From positions 51,479-115,478 of the forward strand of contig JBDHBX010000006.1 of the NCBI GenBank assembly GCA_039592335.1: 64,000 nt of DNA, given 5' to 3'. The first letter of the stretch is position 1. Every line of letters starts with the position of its first letter. The notes under the pieces were generated by a model. That model ran no database searches. It was given only the letters and a program-made list of their open reading frames with translations, and was not told the origin of the DNA. Shown here piece after piece: positions 59,063 to 64,000 of the stretch. The DNA comes from Gemmatimonadota bacterium. GTDB lineage: Bacteria; Gemmatimonadota; Gemmatimonadetes; Gemmatimonadales; GWC2-71-9. The position numbers and the translations under genes were made by a program.

Positions 59063-61723
59063 CTACAGACTCAGCCAGTAGTTGATCTTGATCAGCAGCG
59101 TGTTGGCGGACGGCGCGTGCCACAGCTCGTTGAGCTGCGAGCCGAGCTTGAAGGAGCCGTCGTCCTCGAAGCCGTTGCGCCCGTGCTGCCACACGAGGAA
59201 CACGGTCGAGCCCAGCATGTACTCCCAGCGCAGCACGACGTTGGAGCGGAATGACAGCACCGTGAAGTTGGGGTTCTCGATGACGATGTCGGTGTTGCCG
59301 TCGCGGTTGAGGTCCACGTCCGTGTTGCGATCTCCGTCCGTCGTCAACTGGTCATCGGTATAGACGAAGAACTGATCCTCGAAACTGGCGCCGCGCGGGT
59401 CGTCCACCTGCTTGTAGCGGTCGTACGCCCCGGCCGACACGAAGGGTTCCGCGTAGACCTGCAGCGAGAGCGTCGGGGTGAAGGTGAGATTCGCCCGTAA
59501 CGTCATGCTCACAGTGGTCTGCTCGATCTCCCCGAACACGTACTGGGTCGAGCCGAGCGCCTCGTCGGTTTGCAGGTACTGCCAGCTGTTGAAACGGCGC
59601 GAGAGCTCGGGGGCCAGCATGAAGTCCATGTTGCTGGCGAGACGCCAGGAGACTCCGGTCTCGAGCCCCCACCACCAGGACCCGCTCTGGTCCTCGCGGC
59701 CGAGCCAGCCGCTGATCTCACCGCTGAAGGTCTTCCGCTGGTCGGTCCAGAATCCCCACCAACCATTGGTCTCGACCGGCGTCAGGAAGCCGGGTCCGCC
59801 CCGCAGCGGCGTGCTGGAGAGTCCACCGGTCTGGCGCCCGATCCCTCCGTACCCGCCCCAGTAGTTCGAGAACGTCCAATTGAAGTTGACGTTGCCGCCG
59901 GCGTTCACATGGTCCCAGCCGTAGTTCCACACGGACCACTGGTTGAAGTTGAGGAAGAAGCGGCGGAACACCTTGCCGGGCTCCTGCCAGCGCCGCTGCA
60001 CCCAGATCCACTGGTTGTGGTAGTCGGCGTCCCGCTGGAATCCCACGTCGTTCACCTCGAAGCCGGGAGAACGGGTCGAGATCCCGGTCGCGCCACGCCA
60101 GTCGCCGGACCGCTTCTGGAAGGTGACGTCCCCGGCGAAACCGCCCAGGGAGGTGCGCGTCGGATCGTAGGTCACGTAGTCGTTATCGGGCCGTTGGTAG
60201 AAGCGGGCCGATGACAGCTGGGTCTCGTCGATCGCCTCGGCGCTGCCGCGCACGTGGCTCCCCACGACATACCCGCTGAGCGAGTAGCGGTCGCGCGAGA
60301 AGCGGTGGTTCACGTTCATGCCGAGCGTGTAGGCGTCGCTCCGCAGCCAGTCGAGGTTGTCCGTGAGGCCCCGGTGCATGCCGGTACCGAACAGGCCAAT
60401 CTGCGTCTGGCCGTCCCGGAAGTCCCGTGCCACACGTGCTACGCCGTACCAGGTGCGGGGCTCCACAACATCGCGGAACTCGGTGCCCAGGCTGTCTACG
60501 GAGCGTGCTTGCTCCTCGGCCGTGAGCGCGCCGGTGAATCCGAGCGTCCAGCCATCGGAGGTCTTCCCGGAGAGCTTCGCGGCGCCCAGGATCGTCGTCT
60601 GCCGGACATTCTCCGCGTAGCCGCCGCGGTCCTCTGGCGAGCCCTGCGGCCGGCGCCCTATGCGCCGCGTGTAGAACAGCTGCTCCGCGCCGCCGCCGAG
60701 GGAGAAGCGGAACATGTCCAGCCCCTCGAGGAAGAAGGGGCGCCGCTCGGGGAAGAAGCTCTCGAACGCCGAGAGGTTCACCACCGCCGGGTCGGCCTCG
60801 ACCTGTCCGAAGTCGGGGTTGATGGTGCCCTGCAGCGTGAAGTTGGAGGTCAGGCCGATGGTGAAGTCGGCGCCGGCCGCAGCGTTTTGCTCCTTCCCGG
60901 TCAGGAAGGGATTGCCGTCCTCACCGGGCGCGCGGGTGCCGGTGGCCGACACGTAGGGCAGCACCTCGACGCGGCGCGGCGGCTTCACGCCCTGGAGTCC
61001 CACCAAGTCGCCGAACTGTGAGACCATGCCCGACTGGTCCTTCGGGGGCATGCGCCAGTACTGCTCCTCGTTCAGGCGGTTGATGCGGCGGTAGACGTTG
61101 AACCCGAACTGCTCCTGGTTGGCGGAGAAACGGAGCTGGCTGAAGGGAATGCGGAACTCCGCCGTCCAGCCCTCCGGGTCGCGCGATGTGGCGACGTCCC
61201 ACACCGCGTTCCAGGAGTCGTCCCGGTTGTTGTCGTCGTACATGTAGATGTCGCGCTTCACGCCGGCGGCATTCACCATGAAGTAGAACGCCGTGCGCCG
61301 GTCGAAGTACGAGTCGATCATCACGCCGATCCAGTCGGAGGGCGACCAATCGTCGCGCCGCGTGAGGCGTCCGCTGATCTCATCGGCCTGCGAGTCGTGC
61401 GCCCGGACGGCCACGTACAGCGCGTCGTTGGTGTAGAGGACTCGCGCCTCGGTACGTTCGGTGCCGGGCTCCCCCTCGTCGGGATCGCGTTGGGTGAAGT
61501 CGGAGATCATCGGCGCGGCCTGCCATGCCTCGTCATCCAGCTTGCCGTCGAGCTGCGGTGCCCCCGGAGCGGCACGCATGGCCATGGCGGCGGCGGGCGG
61601 CTCGATCGCGGCAGTCGCCGCGGCAGTGGAGTTTTGGGCAGCGGCGGGCGCAGCGAACCCCACCGCCAGCAGCGCGGCACAGGCCGCCGGCAGGTGTCTC
61701 GGGGTGAAACGGAAGTTCGCCAT
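59063..61723 (-). CDS. CBM9-like / DUF5916 outer-membrane protein, paralog 2
   Basis: Same motif set as paralog 1, including an identical INPDFGQVEADPAVVNLSAFE stretch. Confidence 0.87.
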   Translation of the reverse strand: MANFRFTPRHLPAACAALLAVGFAAPAAAQNSTAAATAAIEPPAAAMAMRAAPGAPQLDGKLDDEAWQAAPMISDFTQRDPDEGEPGTERTEARVLYTNDALYVAVRAHDSQADEISGRLTRRDDWSPSDWIGVMIDSYFDRRTAFYFMVNAAGVKRDIYMYDDNNRDDSWNAVWDVATSRDPEGWTAEFRIPFSQLRFSANQEQFGFNVYRRINRLNEEQYWRMPPKDQSGMVSQFGDLVGLQGVKPPRRVEVLPYVSATGTRAPGEDGNPFLTGKEQNAAAGADFTIGLTSNFTLQGTINPDFGQVEADPAVVNLSAFESFFPERRPFFLEGLDMFRFSLGGGAEQLFYTRRIGRRPQGSPEDRGGYAENVRQTTILGAAKLSGKTSDGWTLGFTGALTAEEQARSVDSLGTEFRDVVEPRTWYGVARVARDFRDGQTQIGLFGTGMHRGLTDNLDWLRSDAYTLGMNVNHRFSRDRYSLSGYVVGSHVRGSAEAIDETQLSSARFYQRPDNDYVTYDPTRTSLGGFAGDVTFQKRSGDWRGATGISTRSPGFEVNDVGFQRDADYHNQWIWVQRRWQEPGKVFRRFFLNFNQWSVWNYGWDHVNAGGNVNFNWTFSNYWGGYGGIGRQTGGLSSTPLRGGPGFLTPVETNGWWGFWTDQRKTFSGEISGWLGREDQSGSWWWGLETGVSWRLASNMDFMLAPELSRRFNSWQYLQTDEALGSTQYVFGEIEQTTVSMTLRANLTFTPTLSLQVYAEPFVSAGAYDRYKQVDDPRGASFEDQFFVYTDDQLTTDGDRNTDVDLNRDGNTDIVIENPNFTVLSFRSNVVLRWEYMLGSTVFLVWQHGRNGFEDDGSFKLGSQLNELWHAPSANTLLIKINYWLSL

Positions 61724-61763
61724 CGCGCGTCTCCCGTAGGGGGCTGCGCTAGCCTTCTCAAAA

Positions 61764-61827
61764 TACGACAGGTCCGCTCGGGGTTCCTGTACTACAGTTA
61801 GACGAGGGAAGCGCCGAAAAGGTTGCA
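61764..61827 (-). promoter_or_regulatory. Tandem ECF-type promoter motifs upstream of paralog 2
   Basis: TGCAAC-17 nt-CGTCTAAC, then GGAAC-15 nt-CGTA. Confidence 0.55.
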
Positions 61828-61963
61828 GGGGGTTTGGGTTGCGGAGCCGTTGCCGAGTGGCTGCGCGTAAGCTACGTTAGTGCAACGTGTTATGGCCCGC
61901 CGCCGCCATGCGGGTGCCGGCGGCGGATTGCGGATCGGGTAGTTGTGGGAAAGGAAGGGGGCG

Positions 61964-62716
61964 ATGAAGCAGCTCGTTCTCCAGCGGCACGGTGAGAGCA
62001 CCTGGAACAAGGAGAACCGGTTCACGGGGTGGACCGACGTGGGGCTCACCGAGAAGGGCGTCCGGGAGGCGATCGAGGCAGGAAAGGTCCTCAAGGCCGA
62101 GGGCTACACCTTCGACGTGGCATACACATCGGTCCTGAAGCGGGCCGTGAAGACCCTCTGGCTCACGCTGGAGGAGATGGACCTCATGTGGATCCCCGTC
62201 ATCAACAGCTGGCGGCTCAACGAGCGACACTACGGTGCGCTCCAGGGGCTCAACAAGGCCGAGACCGCCGAGCAGCACGGGGACGAGCAGGTGAAGCTGT
62301 GGCGCCGCAGCTACGACACACGGCCGCCCGCGCTCACGACGGACGACCCGCGCTACCCGGGGAACGATCCCCGCTACGCCGACCTCACCGAGGACGAACT
62401 GCCGCTCAGCGAGTGCCTCAAGGACACGGTGGAGCGGATGCTGCCGTACTGGCACGAGACGATCGCGCCGGTGGTGAAGTCGGGAACGAGAGTGCTCGTC
62501 TCGGCGCACGGCAACTCGCTCAGGGCGCTGGTGAAGTACCTGGACAACGTGTCGGACGAGGAGATCGTGGGGCTCAACATCCCCACCGGGATTCCCCTGG
62601 TGTACGAGCTCAACGACGACGATCTGACGCCAATTCGGAGCTACTACTTGGGGGATCCGGAGAAGGTGAAGGCGGCCCAGCAGGCGGTGGCCAACCAGGC
62701 GAAACGCAAGAAGTAG
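61964..62716 (+). CDS. gpmA: 2,3-bisphosphoglycerate-dependent phosphoglycerate mutase
   Basis: [47 protein letters not shown]. Confidence 0.98.
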   Translation: MKQLVLQRHGESTWNKENRFTGWTDVGLTEKGVREAIEAGKVLKAEGYTFDVAYTSVLKRAVKTLWLTLEEMDLMWIPVINSWRLNERHYGALQGLNKAETAEQHGDEQVKLWRRSYDTRPPALTTDDPRYPGNDPRYADLTEDELPLSECLKDTVERMLPYWHETIAPVVKSGTRVLVSAHGNSLRALVKYLDNVSDEEIVGLNIPTGIPLVYELNDDDLTPIRSYYLGDPEKVKAAQQAVANQAKRKK

Positions 62717-62733
62717 GGCAGGGTGGGAGCGGG

Positions 62734-62762
62734 TTGACCCTCTTTCAGGGCCCCGCTAGGTT
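62734..62762 (+). promoter_or_regulatory. Putative sigma70 promoter of the tRNA pair
   Basis: TTGACC-17 nt-TAGGTT. Confidence 0.55.
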
Positions 62763-62790
62763 CAACTGCCCGTGAGTGTTACGGGGCCGT

Positions 62791-62865
62791 GGTGGCTGTA
62801 GCTCAATCGGTTAGAGCGCCGGACTGTGGCTCCGGAGGTTGGGGGTTCAATTCCCCTCAGCCACC
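62791..62865 (+). tRNA. tRNA-His (GTG), with encoded G-1
   Basis: G-GTGGCTG/CAGCCAC-C acceptor; anticodon arm CCGGA-CTGTGGC-TCCGG; GGTTCAATTCC. Confidence 0.97.
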
Positions 62866-62868
62866 CTT

Positions 62869-62941
62869 AGGCTCGTAGCTCAAGTGGTAGAGCACCGGTC
62901 TCCAAAACCGGGGGTTGCAGGTTCGAGTCCTGCCGGGCCTG
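62869..62941 (+). tRNA. tRNA-Trp (CCA)
   Basis: AGGCTCG/CGGGCCT acceptor; anticodon arm CCGGT-CTCCAAA-ACCGG; GGTTCGAGTCC. Confidence 0.97.
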
Positions 62942-63011
62942 TTTTGTAAGAGGTTGAAACAGTGCGAGTTGTGGGAACGGCGTCAGCGTATGCGTGTGCC
63001 GTTTTCGTATG

Positions 63012-63033
63012 TTGGGCACATTTTTGGGCACAT
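63012..63033. repeat. Tandem 10-bp direct repeat TTGGGCACAT
   Basis: Exact copies at 63012-63021 and 63024-63033; related GGCACATTTTGGACACA at 63211. Confidence 0.75.
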
Positions 63034-63229
63034 CGATCTTTCCTTAGTGGCAAACGCAGAGATGACTGGGAGCCCCCAAGGGATTTAAGTGTTCGACCTT
63101 GGGTGGGCCAGAAGTTGTCAAACGGTACTATCCATCACTGACGCAACGGATTAGGGGCGGAAGGACATCGCCCCTTTTCCTTTACGGCGCCAATGAAATC
63201 GGATGTTTCAGGCACATTTTGGACACAGC

Positions 63230-64000
63230 TCACGGGATTACCAGAGTGCCTGGAACGGAAAGCGGCGTTCTGCCCAACTTCTCGACCTTCATCGTGATCG
63301 GGTTGTAGTGATGACCTGAACCTATATCTCGCCAAATGCCCCGTGTCCGCTTGGCCAAGGCAACTCTATAGGTGAGGTCGTTGAATACACTTACCTGCGA
63401 AGCAATTCCTTCAAAACGCTTCCACTCGAGGGTGATTAGGTGTCCCTGTGTACTCCTTCGCACCTCCGAGTCGGTGGCCAAGATGTTTGGGGCTGGGAAT
63501 AACACGAACTCGCGCCAGTGATTCTCGCCGTGGAGGATGAAGGCCCGGATTGGATCGAAATCGTCCCTCAGGGCGAATTGTCGATCGAAACCGAACGACA
63601 CCCACGCGAGATAGTTGAAAGCCATTTTCGCGATCGCTCGAGCTATCACCTGATCGACTATCCCGCGAATCTCGATTTCTACCTCCGTGGTTCCTGCTCT
63701 CGGCAAATCGTCAGCATCAGTCCATTTCTTCGGTTTCACTCCGTATGCGCTAAGCGTTGCCCTCACCCGCTCTCCGGCTTCGGGATCATCACCAGACCAC
63801 ACGATGAACACTTCGTCAGTATCGATTTCGGGATCCTTCGTTGGGTCCTTCTCAACAAGGTCCTCCTCCGTTAGGCAAACGAATCCCCCCGCTCGTCGTC
63901 GAAACCGAGCCTGCGGCTTTGGGATGAGTGCTGGCTGATCACCGGACGGGGGAGCACGGAACTCGACACGCAACGGGCCGTGCTTACTGTCCTCCGGGAG
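63230..64000 (-). CDS. C-terminal part of an island protein, possibly HNH endonuclease-associated (partial)
   Basis: Frame open to the window edge; RAIAKMAFNYL...FDPIRAFI resembles the C-terminal region of HNH-domain proteins (recall). The nuclease domain itself is not visible. Confidence 0.55.
   Translation of the reverse strand, partial: LPEDSKHGPLRVEFRAPPSGDQPALIPKPQARFRRRAGGFVCLTEEDLVEKDPTKDPEIDTDEVFIVWSGDDPEAGERVRATLSAYGVKPKKWTDADDLPRAGTTEVEIEIRGIVDQVIARAIAKMAFNYLAWVSFGFDRQFALRDDFDPIRAFILHGENHWREFVLFPAPNILATDSEVRRSTQGHLITLEWKRFEGIASQVSVFNDLTYRVALAKRTRGIWRDIGSGHHYNPITMKVEKLGRTPLSVPGTLVIP

Larger units (their letters stand above)
62942..64000. mobile_element. Probable edge of a genomic island integrated at tRNA-Trp
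   Basis: Abrupt drop in GC and codon bias right after the tRNA; direct repeats TTGGGCACAT at 63012 and 63024. No integrase in the window. Confidence 0.55.

Overview
GC-rich bacterial chromosomal window. The gene content (mfd-PPIase-surA-pdxA order, Hanks kinase with PD40 repeats, DUF5916 and DUF4384 proteins, many lipoproteins) resembles Gemmatimonadota; this is an inference. It holds about 50 genes and three tRNAs (Ile-GAT, His-GTG, Trp-CCA). There is a small eroded accessory patch after tRNA-Ile and the edge of a lower-GC integrated element after tRNA-Trp. Two candidate undescribed systems stand out. (1) A polyphosphate locus, ppx-ppk1-sixA-CHAD/CYTH, converges on a second Ppk1 fused to a DUF4956-type membrane domain, which suggests membrane-coupled polyP synthesis or translocation. 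(2) One polypeptide joins an RRE/PqqD-like domain, a radical SAM core, a SPASM-like domain lacking its cysteine ligands and a four-cysteine ArsM-type As(III) methyltransferase; it lies downstream of a TVP38/DedA gene and suggests organoarsenical biosynthesis. Other notable items are an octaheme HAO-family cytochrome, an orphan H-NOX, a Tat-exported PLP aminotransferase, a sigma54-type promoter before a Tyr/Gly-rich protein, and a recurring ECF-type promoter motif. All family assignments come from motif recognition by eye; no searches were run.
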